64,000 nt of DNA from an uncultured archaeon (GTDB lineage Archaea; Aenigmatarchaeota; Aenigmatarchaeia; PWEA01; JAGHBM01): NCBI GenBank assembly GCA_964640225.1, contig CAZXFI010000001.1:119321-183320 (forward strand), read 5' to 3'. The notes beneath the pieces were generated by a model that did not search any database, was not told where the DNA came from, and worked only from the letters and a program-made list of their open reading frames with translations. Below, piece after piece: positions 10,114-18,908 of the stretch; the first letter of the stretch is position 1, and each line of letters starts with the position of its first letter. The position numbers and the translations under genes were made by a program.

Positions 10114-10670
10114 AAGAACCTCTCCATTTTTACGTAATCCCTTACATCCCCGTTTTCCATGCCCCTCAGGTAGGAAAGCTTTATCTTGGTGGCCCTTCTC
10201 ACGGAACCGCCTGCCTCAACGGAGACCACGTTATAAATCGGGTAAACGAAAACCGCCGAGGGCTTTCCCTCAGTTTCTATCCTTACGCGGGTGTAGGGCC
10301 TGTCATCCTGGTAGCTTTCCTCGTCCCCCAGGCTTCCATCTATCCAGAGGTCGCCGTGGTTTTCCAGGCTAATGATGTAGTTGTTTCCGGATATGCTTTC
10401 CGGTATGTTCAGGTAAACCTCGGAAAGGGTTGTATTTTTACCTTCTTCCGGCTCGTAATCCGACTGCCTGTAGTTGTCGTAAAGCCTGATAACGCTGTCC
10501 GCCACCCTCTGGGATAGGATTCTGGCTTGGGACTGCTGGGATTCCTCTTTTACGGAAAAATAGTAGTTGTACATCTCAACCGAAACCCCTATCATCACCA
10601 CGAAGAGTATGGCTATCGCTATGACATGGGAAATGAAAACCGAAACTCCCTTTGACGAACATTCCTTCAT
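10110..10670 (-). CDS. Pilin-like protein (186 aa)
   Basis: MKECSSKGVSVFISHVIAIAILFVVMIGV. It overlaps the next gene by 4 nt. Confidence 0.5.
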   Translation of the reverse strand: MKECSSKGVSVFISHVIAIAILFVVMIGVSVEMYNYYFSVKEESQQSQARILSQRVADSVIRLYDNYRQSDYEPEEGKNTTLSEVYLNIPESISGNNYIISLENHGDLWIDGSLGDEESYQDDRPYTRVRIETEGKPSAVFVYPIYNVVSVEAGGSVRRATKIKLSYLRGMENGDVRDYVKMERFL

Positions 10671-10672
10671 TT

Positions 10673-13600
10673 TTACAACCTGAAATAATGTTTTAGGTAG
10701 GAATTATAAGAGCCTTTCGCGGCCGTTATGTTGGCCAGGTATCTCCTGTTTTTCTCCAAATCCGCCTGCAGAATTATAAAATAGGAACCGGAAGAGTCAG
10801 TTGTGTTTGACTGCTCCCCGACCAATTTCTCCCCGTCGTAAATCCTTGCAGTTACCGTGGCCCCAGAAACAGGGGTGGCGTTGTCCCAGAAAAGAATTTT
10901 TCCTGTCAGGTTGTGCAGGATTGACCCGTTGACCGTAACGAAAACGTAGGTGCCGGAAACATTCCAGTTGCCTGACGTGTCGTTGGCGTAGAATTTCCAG
11001 GCAACCGTAGCCCCCACGGTGCTGTTCACGGTCTTGGTAATGTTGGACCAGTCCTCCGTTCCCCCGGAGGGGAAGGCTGACCAGCTGTCGTTCTGCCACC
11101 CCCCGGTGCCAGAAAAAACACTGAAGTTAAGGTCATCGTTGTCGTCGTACGTCCCCGAGCAGCATGTCTGGGCCCCCTCGCATCCGGTCCAGGACTCAAT
11201 GCACCTGACCGAATGGTTGCCTTCAATGCTGTCCACGGCAAAGGTTGCACTCTTGTTCTCAAAGCCCGTGCATGTCTGGCTGCCCGAACCGGAGTTGCAG
11301 TTGCCGTAGGCTATGTTCACCCACCCCGTTCCGTTGCTGTAGGCTATGGAATATTCCGTTCCGGGAGAGTAGCAGCACACATTGCATTTCACTTCCACGA
11401 CATCTCCGAAGACGAACGAAGTGCCGTTTATGTAAATATCCTCCAGGTGCATCCAGTCGTTGCTTGTGCCGTCCTGGCATCCGTCCGCGGTAGCGTCCGT
11501 TCCGTTCTCGTTCTTTCCGCTGCACGCGACCCCGGAGGAGCTTCCCGAGCCGTCCGCGTTGCACGACTTGCTGGTGTAATCTTCATTCCCGGAGGCGCAA
11601 TGCGTCCCGTTCCATGTGCCGTTGCACAGGCTGAACACGTAGCCGTCCAGTCCGCCGTCGGTCCATCTTAAACTAAAAAGCACGGGCTCCCCAGCGTAGG
11701 TGGAATTGGTGGAATGCTCCCAGTACTTCGGAGGCGTGACATCGTAAGTAAAATAAACCGAGGCGTTGAAGCCCATGTCTCCAGAAGAATCGTTGCAGTA
11801 AACGTAAAGGCGGTGGGTTCCCTGAGGAATTGAATCTATGGAGTACCACCAGACTGTTCCTGAGCCGGACATGGTTGTGTTTGAGCCTGTATCGTTTAGG
11901 TTCCAACCGCACCACACCGCGGTTTCATTCGTGGTTATGTTAAGGTCTATGGGCAACGAGTTGTACGTTACGTTCTGCGGGTTCACCACGGTTATTCCCG
12001 GTGGAGCCAGGTTTGCCGTGACGAAGGTGAAATTTTCCGAGGCGTTCCAGTTGTCGCTTGTATCGTTGGCGTAAACTTTCCACCACACGGTGGCCCCGAC
12101 TTCCCCAGTCACTTCCCTGGTGACGTTGGACCAGTCCTCCATGCCTCCTGACGGGAAAGAACTCCACGAGTCGTTAACCCAGGCACCTCCCAAGCAGTCC
12201 TGCTCCTCCCCGAGGGATACGGACTCGGATGAATTGTATTTTGAGACGAAAACCCAGTAAACGTGAAACTCCTGCCAGGAATCGTCGCAACCGTAGTTGC
12301 TTCCCTCCGAGTACAGCTTAAGGTAGCTGGGGCTCCCGCTTACCCAGGCAAACTCGTTCTGCCCGTTGCAGTTGTGTCCCCCAAGCCTGAAAGCCTGGTA
12401 GCGCACGCCCAGTGGGTTTACGTAAAGGTTTGATGATTTCACCAGGCTCCCGTCTGACGCGTCCCACACCCTCAGCCCGGTCTGGGTGGAATTGAAAAAC
12501 TGCTCCATGTTGTAAGTTTCGCTCTCAGTTATCCAGAATCCGGTCCCGTCAACGGCGCTTCCCGTGTCGTTCCTGGCGTAGAACTTGCATTCCGGGTGGG
12601 TCTGATCGGCCCCCCCGTCCGTGTTGGTCCTTGTCCAGTGATTCAGGCTGTTGTTCACATACATGTCCGGCCCGGAGTTGTTGCTCAGCCCCATTGATAT
12701 GGTGTTGTGTGCCCAGTTTCTCGAGTATATGTCATTTATCTTGACTTCCATTATTAGCCTTGCGCTGCCCATTTCCAGCCCCATGTCCCTTGAATAGAAA
12801 TCATCGTTCCCGCTCGCCTCGTAATCCCACTCCCCGTCGGTGTCCGCGGAGAAATCGTCAAAAAGTTCAAAAACCTCGGTGCCGTTGCTTTTTGGCTCCG
12901 CATCCGTGTAGTTGTAGTAAACGGAATAAACCTGTGTGGAGGAGTTGTCCCCCCGGAACCAGACCACGGACTCGCTCGTTTCGTTCCATTCCTCTATCCA
13001 GTAAGGCATTTCCTGGCCGCCCCCGGCGCAGGAGGAGTTCACTATCCTCACGTCAGAGCCGTCGTCGTTTGAAAGGGAGTAGTTGAAGCTGGTCGTGTTA
13101 AGCACGAGCCTGTGCTGGTAGTCGTTCATGGGATTTACCGTTATATTCCTGCACTTCCGGAAAGAGGAGTTCCACCAGCCCTGTGACAGGTATGTCTCGT
13201 TGTACATGCTGAAAACATAGCCGCTCAGTCCGCCGTCAGTCCACCTTAGCCTGAACTCAACAGGCTCTCCCGCGAGCGTGGAGTTGGTTGAGTTGTCCCA
13301 GTACTTCGGAGGCTCTTCGTCCTTTTCCACCTTTATCTCGTGCTCCGAACCCAGGAGTACGGTAAACTGGGAAAGGGTTCCGTTTTCATCCGTTTCCAGT
13401 CCGTAAGTCAGCACGGAATTGTTGTAAACATTGTAATACGTATCGGGGAGCAGCCCGCTGATGTTGTACGTGGCAACAACGCCCTTGCCGCTGATGTTGG
13501 TTTCGTTCCACTGGACAAGAGTCTGGTTTATGTTCAAAAAATCTCTTTCAAGGATGGATGGCTTGTTTACTGTCGTGTTCAGCCAAATTCCGCCCGAGGT

Positions 13601-14422
13601 CTCGTTGTTGTAGCTGAACCACCCGGAAGAATCGGAAAAAAGTACCTGCCTTGATGTGAAGTTGGTGTTCCTGAATGAATTGCCGTGACCGTACTTAACG
13701 TTGTAATCGGAATCGGGATTGAAAAACCTGTCCATCACGGTTCCCCCGCTTACAGAATTGTCTGTGCTGTTTTCAAGGGCAAAAATACTGTTGCCTCCTG
13801 TTATGTTATTGTCTGAAAGTGTGTTGTTGTGAGACTTGAATAACTGGAGACAGCCCTGGTTGTAAACAAAAAAATCGTTGCCCGTTACTTCACTGTTGTT
13901 TACGTTGTTAAGTCTCAGTGCATCTCTTGAGCCGAATTTTACGGTGTTGTTCTCAAACTTGCAGCCTGTTGAGTTAACAAGGGAAATGCCTCCGTAAAAG
14001 AAAGCAACCGTGTTGTTTCTTACCGTAAGATTGAAAACGTTCTGAAAAACCATCGTAGTGGAAAATCCTGTACCAATATAGCCATTGTCCAAAATTCCAC
14101 CGTCTGATGTATTGGAGTAATATATGGCGTAACTGCTGCCAAAGCTGCTCATGTTCACCTCGCAGTTCCTTATCGTGACGTTGTTGAAGCCGGTGTTGTT
14201 TATCCCGTAGGAGCCGTTGCTTTCCAGCTGGTGGCCTGCGCAATCCAGTGTTACGCTAGAGGCATTTATGTAAAGGATTGTTCCGGTGCACCCGGTTATG
14301 TTGTAGCTGAGAACTGTGCTCTCATTCACGTAGCCACCGCAGGCCAAATCCGCCCTTACCAGGCCCGGAAGCAGGGCTATCACAGCCAGCGCCGCAAGAA
14401 CGCAAGTTTTCCCAGACACCAT
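10673..14422 (-). CDS. Secreted 1249-aa right-handed beta-helix (pectin-lyase-fold / NosD-like) surface glycoprotein with internal repeated domains and a C-terminal carboxypeptidase-regulatory-like domain
   Basis: A Sec signal peptide (MVSGKTCVLAALAVIALLPGLVRA) is followed by periodic beta-helix repeats (NNTV..N.S.GGISL...). Sequons are extremely dense. There are two copies of a PPKYW..STNST.AGEPV.F.LRWTDGGL.GYVFS module and two copies of a DSWS.FPSGG.EDWSN.T..V....GATV.WK.YANDTS.NWN module. Confidence 0.6.
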   Translation of the reverse strand: MVSGKTCVLAALAVIALLPGLVRADLACGGYVNESTVLSYNITGCTGTILYINASSVTLDCAGHQLESNGSYGINNTGFNNVTIRNCEVNMSSFGSSYAIYYSNTSDGGILDNGYIGTGFSTTMVFQNVFNLTVRNNTVAFFYGGISLVNSTGCKFENNTVKFGSRDALRLNNVNNSEVTGNDFFVYNQGCLQLFKSHNNTLSDNNITGGNSIFALENSTDNSVSGGTVMDRFFNPDSDYNVKYGHGNSFRNTNFTSRQVLFSDSSGWFSYNNETSGGIWLNTTVNKPSILERDFLNINQTLVQWNETNISGKGVVATYNISGLLPDTYYNVYNNSVLTYGLETDENGTLSQFTVLLGSEHEIKVEKDEEPPKYWDNSTNSTLAGEPVEFRLRWTDGGLSGYVFSMYNETYLSQGWWNSSFRKCRNITVNPMNDYQHRLVLNTTSFNYSLSNDDGSDVRIVNSSCAGGGQEMPYWIEEWNETSESVVWFRGDNSSTQVYSVYYNYTDAEPKSNGTEVFELFDDFSADTDGEWDYEASGNDDFYSRDMGLEMGSARLIMEVKINDIYSRNWAHNTISMGLSNNSGPDMYVNNSLNHWTRTNTDGGADQTHPECKFYARNDTGSAVDGTGFWITESETYNMEQFFNSTQTGLRVWDASDGSLVKSSNLYVNPLGVRYQAFRLGGHNCNGQNEFAWVSGSPSYLKLYSEGSNYGCDDSWQEFHVYWVFVSKYNSSESVSLGEEQDCLGGAWVNDSWSSFPSGGMEDWSNVTREVTGEVGATVWWKVYANDTSDNWNASENFTFVTANLAPPGITVVNPQNVTYNSLPIDLNITTNETAVWCGWNLNDTGSNTTMSGSGTVWWYSIDSIPQGTHRLYVYCNDSSGDMGFNASVYFTYDVTPPKYWEHSTNSTYAGEPVLFSLRWTDGGLDGYVFSLCNGTWNGTHCASGNEDYTSKSCNADGSGSSSGVACSGKNENGTDATADGCQDGTSNDWMHLEDIYINGTSFVFGDVVEVKCNVCCYSPGTEYSIAYSNGTGWVNIAYGNCNSGSGSQTCTGFENKSATFAVDSIEGNHSVRCIESWTGCEGAQTCCSGTYDDNDDLNFSVFSGTGGWQNDSWSAFPSGGTEDWSNITKTVNSTVGATVAWKFYANDTSGNWNVSGTYVFVTVNGSILHNLTGKILFWDNATPVSGATVTARIYDGEKLVGEQSNTTDSSGSYFIILQADLEKNRRYLANITAAKGSYNSYLKHYFRL

Positions 14423-14456
14423 GATTAAATTTTGTATTCAAACAATAAAATCGTTT

Positions 14457-15317
14457 CTAAAGCATTATGGTGAACGCAGTGAAGCCTATCGCAACGAACA
14501 CTATCAGGTGCTTTAGCCCCGCCAGCACCGAGCCTTCGGACATCTTGCCTATGGCCAGCCCCGAGAAAAAGCCCTGTATTATTATCAGGTTCTGGAACAC
14601 GTCCTTGTAGGCAAGCTCCTCCTCCCCCGCTCCTATGCCGAACTCGGTTGCCCCGCCGAAAACCAGGGACGGCATGAGGAATTTCTGCAGGCCTATTATC
14701 ACGGCAAGGAAAACGAAGTATATCACGTAACCGGTGAGTATCTGTGAGTAGACGTGCGATTTCCTTTCTTCCCTTATTTTCTCTATCTCCCTTATGCTCT
14801 CCCCAACAGACTTGAGCACGTCAGCTATGTTCCCCCCGCTCCTGTGGGTCTCTATTATGGTGGACACGGTCCTCTTGAGCACGCGGCTCCCGGTGTCCTT
14901 CGCAAGCGTCCTGAGAACCTGGTCAAAAGGTATGCCCCAGTCTATCTGCCCGGACATCTTCCTGACGTACGGGGAGAGAGCGCCGTAATCATTCTTGGAG
15001 GCCGACTCTATGGCCTGGGGAAGCGTCATTCCGGCCTCCACGCCCCCCACCACGTCGTTGAGGAAATCCGGGAATCTTGACTCTATCTCCTTGGTGCCCG
15101 TGTACTCCCTGTACTTTATGAGCGTGGCCGGCCCCAGCACCAGGGAGGCCCCTACCAGGTTCAGCACCGTGAAAATCTGGACAAGCTCCTGGAAAAAGAA
15201 GAAGTTCACCGAGATTATACTGACCCCTATCACAAGGGAGCCCAGAACGAAGTACTCCCTCTTTCTGGACACCGCCAGCCAGCTTTCCAGTCTCTTTCCA
15301 AGGTTTTTGAAATTCAT
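14457..15317 (-). CDS. FlaJ/TadC-like T2SS-F-domain membrane protein (C-terminal half)
   Basis: 286 aa polytopic membrane protein that resembles a T2SSF domain. It lies immediately downstream of a second T2SSF-like ORF. Confidence 0.6.
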   Translation of the reverse strand: MNFKNLGKRLESWLAVSRKREYFVLGSLVIGVSIISVNFFFFQELVQIFTVLNLVGASLVLGPATLIKYREYTGTKEIESRFPDFLNDVVGGVEAGMTLPQAIESASKNDYGALSPYVRKMSGQIDWGIPFDQVLRTLAKDTGSRVLKRTVSTIIETHRSGGNIADVLKSVGESIREIEKIREERKSHVYSQILTGYVIYFVFLAVIIGLQKFLMPSLVFGGATEFGIGAGEEELAYKDVFQNLIIIQGFFSGLAIGKMSEGSVLAGLKHLIVFVAIGFTAFTIML

Positions 15318-15321
15318 GGTA

Positions 15322-16104
15322 TCACATGTGCTCCGGTTGCGTGAAGTGTATGAACATTATGAAGGCTATGTTGGTGGCCGGTATAACCAAATATATTCCC
15401 AGGCTCATTATGTCCCCTATGGTCATGCCCTCTATCGTGCCGCCGACCACGTTCATTATGGCCAGTATTGAAATAAGGAAAAGCGGCGCCGCTATCATCA
15501 CCGCGGTGTAGAAATCGGCGTAGGTTGAAAGGGCCTGAAGGTGCTCCTCCCTCCTTATCCTGTAAATGAAAAGAGCCTCCCTTGCCTTTATCTGGAGATA
15601 ATTCTTCAGGTTTCCCCCGGTCTTTATCGTGGAAAGTATGCCGTAAAGCAGCTCCCTGAAATCGGTTGAGGGTGTATTGGCGGCCACGTTCTGTATTGCG
15701 GTGGTTATGTCCTGGCCGAAACCCTCCACGTTCCTTATTATCTTGGCGGCTTCCCTGCTTATCTCCCCGTACTCACCGAACTCGGAAAGCAGCTTGAACA
15801 GTATCTTGGGCGGCACGCCGGAGGTGGCTATGGCCGACATGTGGTTTATGGCGAAGGGCAGGTTGAAATCAAGGTTCCTTTTCCTGCTGAAGGCCTTCTG
15901 GTAAGGGTAATAATACAAAAGAGCGAACACGGCTCCCGCGACACCCAGGGAAATAAGGGGAGTCAGGTAAACCAGTATTCCTGGATATATAACGAGGGTT
16001 ATAAAAAAAATCACAGGAAGCGAAGCCACGTAAGAGAGCACGGTAGCCAGGAATATGACGGACACGTAGGTTCTTGAAAGCATTTTCAGTCCGGACTCCC
16101 TCAT
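15322..16104 (-). CDS. FlaJ/TadC-like T2SS-F-domain membrane protein (N-terminal half). The start is uncertain.
   Basis: T2SSF-like topology. The track ORF extends to 16311 and would overlap the FlaH-like gene by 105 nt. Starting at the internal Met (MRESGLKML) removes that overlap. Confidence 0.55.
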   Translation of the reverse strand: MRESGLKMLSRTYVSVIFLATVLSYVASLPVIFFITLVIYPGILVYLTPLISLGVAGAVFALLYYYPYQKAFSRKRNLDFNLPFAINHMSAIATSGVPPKILFKLLSEFGEYGEISREAAKIIRNVEGFGQDITTAIQNVAANTPSTDFRELLYGILSTIKTGGNLKNYLQIKAREALFIYRIRREEHLQALSTYADFYTAVMIAAPLFLISILAIMNVVGGTIEGMTIGDIMSLGIYLVIPATNIAFIMFIHFTQPEHM

Positions 16105-16205
16105 TTTTTTCTTGAGGGGCTCAAAATTTTTTGAATATTTGTCAACGAGCCTGCCGAAAATAATCACGGATATTTTTTTAAAGTTCAAATACGCCAACGA
16201 ATCAC

Positions 16206-16898
16206 CTATACGAAGGACTTGGTCTCTTCCTTCGGATACACCACTATCCCTTTCTCCGTTATGGAGTAGGGGTGTATGTTCTCCGAGTGCGCGGAGCCCC
16301 TCATTTTCCACACGTGTATGGCCCTGGCAAAGCTGGTTTCCCTCGGTATCCTGTATAAAACTATTACGTCATCAGCAACGTGCTCCTCAACCCCGAAAGT
16401 GCTCAGGAGCCTCGGGTTTCCCGTGGGTATTTCCGATGTGAGCACCGAAGTGCAGCCCGACCTCTTGAGCATCCTGCCCACGTTGAATATGGCGGACCTG
16501 AGGTCGGACTGGTTCCTTATGTTCAGACCTAGCCCGGTTATGCTGTCTATGACGACCCGCTCGGCCCCTATCTCATGTATGTTATTTTCTATCAGGCCGT
16601 ATATGTCCTCTATGTGGAGCGGGTCGTACTTCACGAAGGTAATCATGCCCTCCTGCTCGTACTTGTCAAAGTGCCACCCGAAGTTTTTCATGTTCCTCTT
16701 CACGTCCTCGGTCCTCTCCTCAAAGGACACGAAAATTCCCGGGGAATTGAAAAACCTGGCTGAGTTGTAAAGGTACTGGCAGGCCATTATGGTTTTGCCG
16801 GTCCCTGCCATTCCCGTTATCAGGACCAGGTCCGAAGGCAGGAAACCTCCACCCAGTATCTCGTCCAGTCCCGGTATGTTTGTCCTTACTCTCTCCAT
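16206..16898 (-). CDS. FlaH-like KaiC/RecA-superfamily ATPase
   Basis: 230 aa with Walker A GMAGTGKT. The single KaiC-like domain is typical of archaellum FlaH/ArlH. Confidence 0.7.
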   Translation of the reverse strand: MERVRTNIPGLDEILGGGFLPSDLVLITGMAGTGKTIMACQYLYNSARFFNSPGIFVSFEERTEDVKRNMKNFGWHFDKYEQEGMITFVKYDPLHIEDIYGLIENNIHEIGAERVVIDSITGLGLNIRNQSDLRSAIFNVGRMLKRSGCTSVLTSEIPTGNPRLLSTFGVEEHVADDVIVLYRIPRETSFARAIHVWKMRGSAHSENIHPYSITEKGIVVYPKEETKSFV

Positions 16899-16902
16899 AA
16901 AA

Positions 16903-18546
16903 CTAACCTTTCTTCTTTTTCAGCCCGTCGAGCATCTTGCTGACCGCGGGTATGTCCTTCATGACCTCTTTGGGGCTTATGTGGTACTGGGAAACTATCC
17001 TACTTACCTCTTTCCAGTGCACGACATTTTTGTCAACCATCCACCTGAGTATTTTTTCCCTGTTTTTTATCTCCTTTCTTACTTCCTCCAGCGTCATGCC
17101 CCTGAAGCTGGCTATCTTGTTCAGGACGTAGCTTCCCTCTCCCTTGTCAAAGCTGTCCCTGGAGGAAATCCACCTGAAAACAGAGCCCGACCTCACCGAG
17201 CCGCTGGATTCCACGGACTCTATCTCGTCAATGCTCTTTATCCTTCTTGCGGACTTGCCTTTCTCCTTCGCGTGGGTGAGCGTGACCACCAGGTCCAGTA
17301 TCTCCACCAGGCTGGGCGAAAGCTCTATCGGAGGAGACTGTAGCCTCTTTATCACCGTGGAAACCCCCGCGGCGTGCATGGTGCCTATGGATGGGTGGCC
17401 CGAAGCCATTCCCTGGAACATCACCGAGGCCTCCTTGCCTCTTATCTCCCCGACTATCACGTAATCCGGGTTTTGCCTGAAGCTTTCCTTCAGCAGGTCA
17501 AACATGCTCACCTCCCCGTACCTCTCCCCAGTGGGCTCCATGGCACCGAATCCCATCCTTGTTACGGAGGGAATCCAGTTCTCGTGCGGAAGCTGCAGCT
17601 CCCTTGTGTCCTCTATTGAGACTATCTTGAACTCGGGAGGTATGAAAAGGCTTATGGCGTTAAGCATGGTGGTCTTTCCCGTGGCCGTGCCCCCGCATAT
17701 CAGCATGGAGATCCCGGACTCAATGCAGAACCACAGGTATGCCATGGCCTCCACGGAGGAGGTTTCCAGGTTTATCAGGTCTATGGGGGACATGGGCTCG
17801 GAGCTGAATTTCCTTATGGAGAACGTGGGGCCCTTTGTGGTGACATCCTCTGCCAGGGAAGCCTGCACTCTGCTCCCGTCAGGCAGGGCCCCGTCCAGGA
17901 GCGGCTCGGCGTAGCTTATGTACCGGCCGCACCTCTCTGAAAGCTTTACCACGAAGTTCTTTAGCCTGTCATTGTCCTTGAACATAATATTGGTCTCTAT
18001 GGAGCCCAGTTTCTTGTGAACCACGTAGATGGGAATGTTAAGCCCGTCGCAGGAAATGTCCTCTATGTAGGGGTCGTGCATGAGCGGCTCTATATCGTTG
18101 AGCCCCACGAAGTCCCTGTAGATGTAGTACATTATCTTGTTGTAGGAAACGTTGTCCAGCTCTATCTCTATCTCGTCCAGTATCTTCCTTACCTTGTCCT
18201 CCAGGTACTCAAACGCCTTGTCCGCGTTCTTCACGGAGGAAAGGTGTATATCCACAACCTCCACCAGGCTCTCCTTTATCTTTGCGTAAACATCCTGCTC
18301 TTTCTTGCCCAATTTGGGCTCCTTCAGCCTGTAGAGCAGCCCCCCTTCAACGTCGCTCCACTTTATGTGGACGTAAGAAAAAGGCTCCAGAAGGGGGTAC
18401 GTTGTCCTGAATTTCTTTATCTCCTTTATCTTTGGAAAAACTATGAGCTTGTCGGGAACTTTCATTATGAACTTAAGGCCCTCGCTCTTTCCGGGTTTCT
18501 CCCTCAAAGCTCCCCTGAGGCTTTTTATCTTCTCTACAAAATCCAT
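16903..18546 (-). CDS. FlaI/TadA-like type II/IV secretion ATPase (GspE/VirB11 family)
   Basis: 547 aa with Walker A GGTATGKTT and the conserved GspE-family core (SIEDTRELQLPHENW, VGEIRGKEA). Confidence 0.85.
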   Translation of the reverse strand: MDFVEKIKSLRGALREKPGKSEGLKFIMKVPDKLIVFPKIKEIKKFRTTYPLLEPFSYVHIKWSDVEGGLLYRLKEPKLGKKEQDVYAKIKESLVEVVDIHLSSVKNADKAFEYLEDKVRKILDEIEIELDNVSYNKIMYYIYRDFVGLNDIEPLMHDPYIEDISCDGLNIPIYVVHKKLGSIETNIMFKDNDRLKNFVVKLSERCGRYISYAEPLLDGALPDGSRVQASLAEDVTTKGPTFSIRKFSSEPMSPIDLINLETSSVEAMAYLWFCIESGISMLICGGTATGKTTMLNAISLFIPPEFKIVSIEDTRELQLPHENWIPSVTRMGFGAMEPTGERYGEVSMFDLLKESFRQNPDYVIVGEIRGKEASVMFQGMASGHPSIGTMHAAGVSTVIKRLQSPPIELSPSLVEILDLVVTLTHAKEKGKSARRIKSIDEIESVESSGSVRSGSVFRWISSRDSFDKGEGSYVLNKIASFRGMTLEEVRKEIKNREKILRWMVDKNVVHWKEVSRIVSQYHISPKEVMKDIPAVSKMLDGLKKKKG

Positions 18547-18554
18547 CTTAACCC

Positions 18555-18815
18555 CTATCTGCTGCTTCTTTTTACCACGCTGTGAAACCTAGCGCATTTG
18601 GGGCATATGTACTGCTTCTGCTGTATGGTGTGTATGCTCTGCCTGTCCAGCTCCTTCCTCAGCACGGGGTCGGTAATCCTGAACCCCCTTCTCCTGGTTA
18701 TGCACTTCCACCTGGGAACTTTGGAGCCGCAGAGGCTGCACCTTACGGTGGATTCCCTTCCTCTTTCCCTTCCGTGGTCGTAACCTCTCTTGTATGGCGC
18801 TTTTGCTTTTGGAAT
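18555..18815 (-). CDS. rps26e: Ribosomal protein S26e with an apparent non-canonical ATT start
   Basis: The track missed this gene. Translation (M/I)PKAKAPYKRGYDHGRERGRESTVRCSLCGSKVPRWKCITRRRGFRITDPVLRKELDRQSIHTIQQKQYICPKCARFHSVVKRSSR fits the S26e pattern (RC..C..VP..K.I...YIC..CA.H..VV). The frame has no in-frame ATG, GTG or TTG after the upstream stop. A GGAGG Shine-Dalgarno lies 8 nt before the ATT. Confidence 0.5.
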   Translation of the reverse strand: MPKAKAPYKRGYDHGRERGRESTVRCSLCGSKVPRWKCITRRRGFRITDPVLRKELDRQSIHTIQQKQYICPKCARFHSVVKRSSR

Positions 18816-18830
18816 AAATATCCCCTCCTT

Positions 18831-18896
18831 TATAATTAGATAGGGTTATTAAATAAATTATTAGAAAGCATATATACTTTACAAGGCCCGTTTTTC
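18831..18896. promoter_or_regulatory. Divergent promoter region between rps26e (minus) and archease (plus), with a TATATA box at 18871-18876
   Basis: AT-rich 66-nt intergenic region. The TATA element lies about 30 nt from the archease ATG and about 55 nt from the S26e start. The minus strand has a GGAGG Shine-Dalgarno at 18824-18828. Confidence 0.4.
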
Positions 18897-18908
18897 ATGG
18901 GTGTTTTT

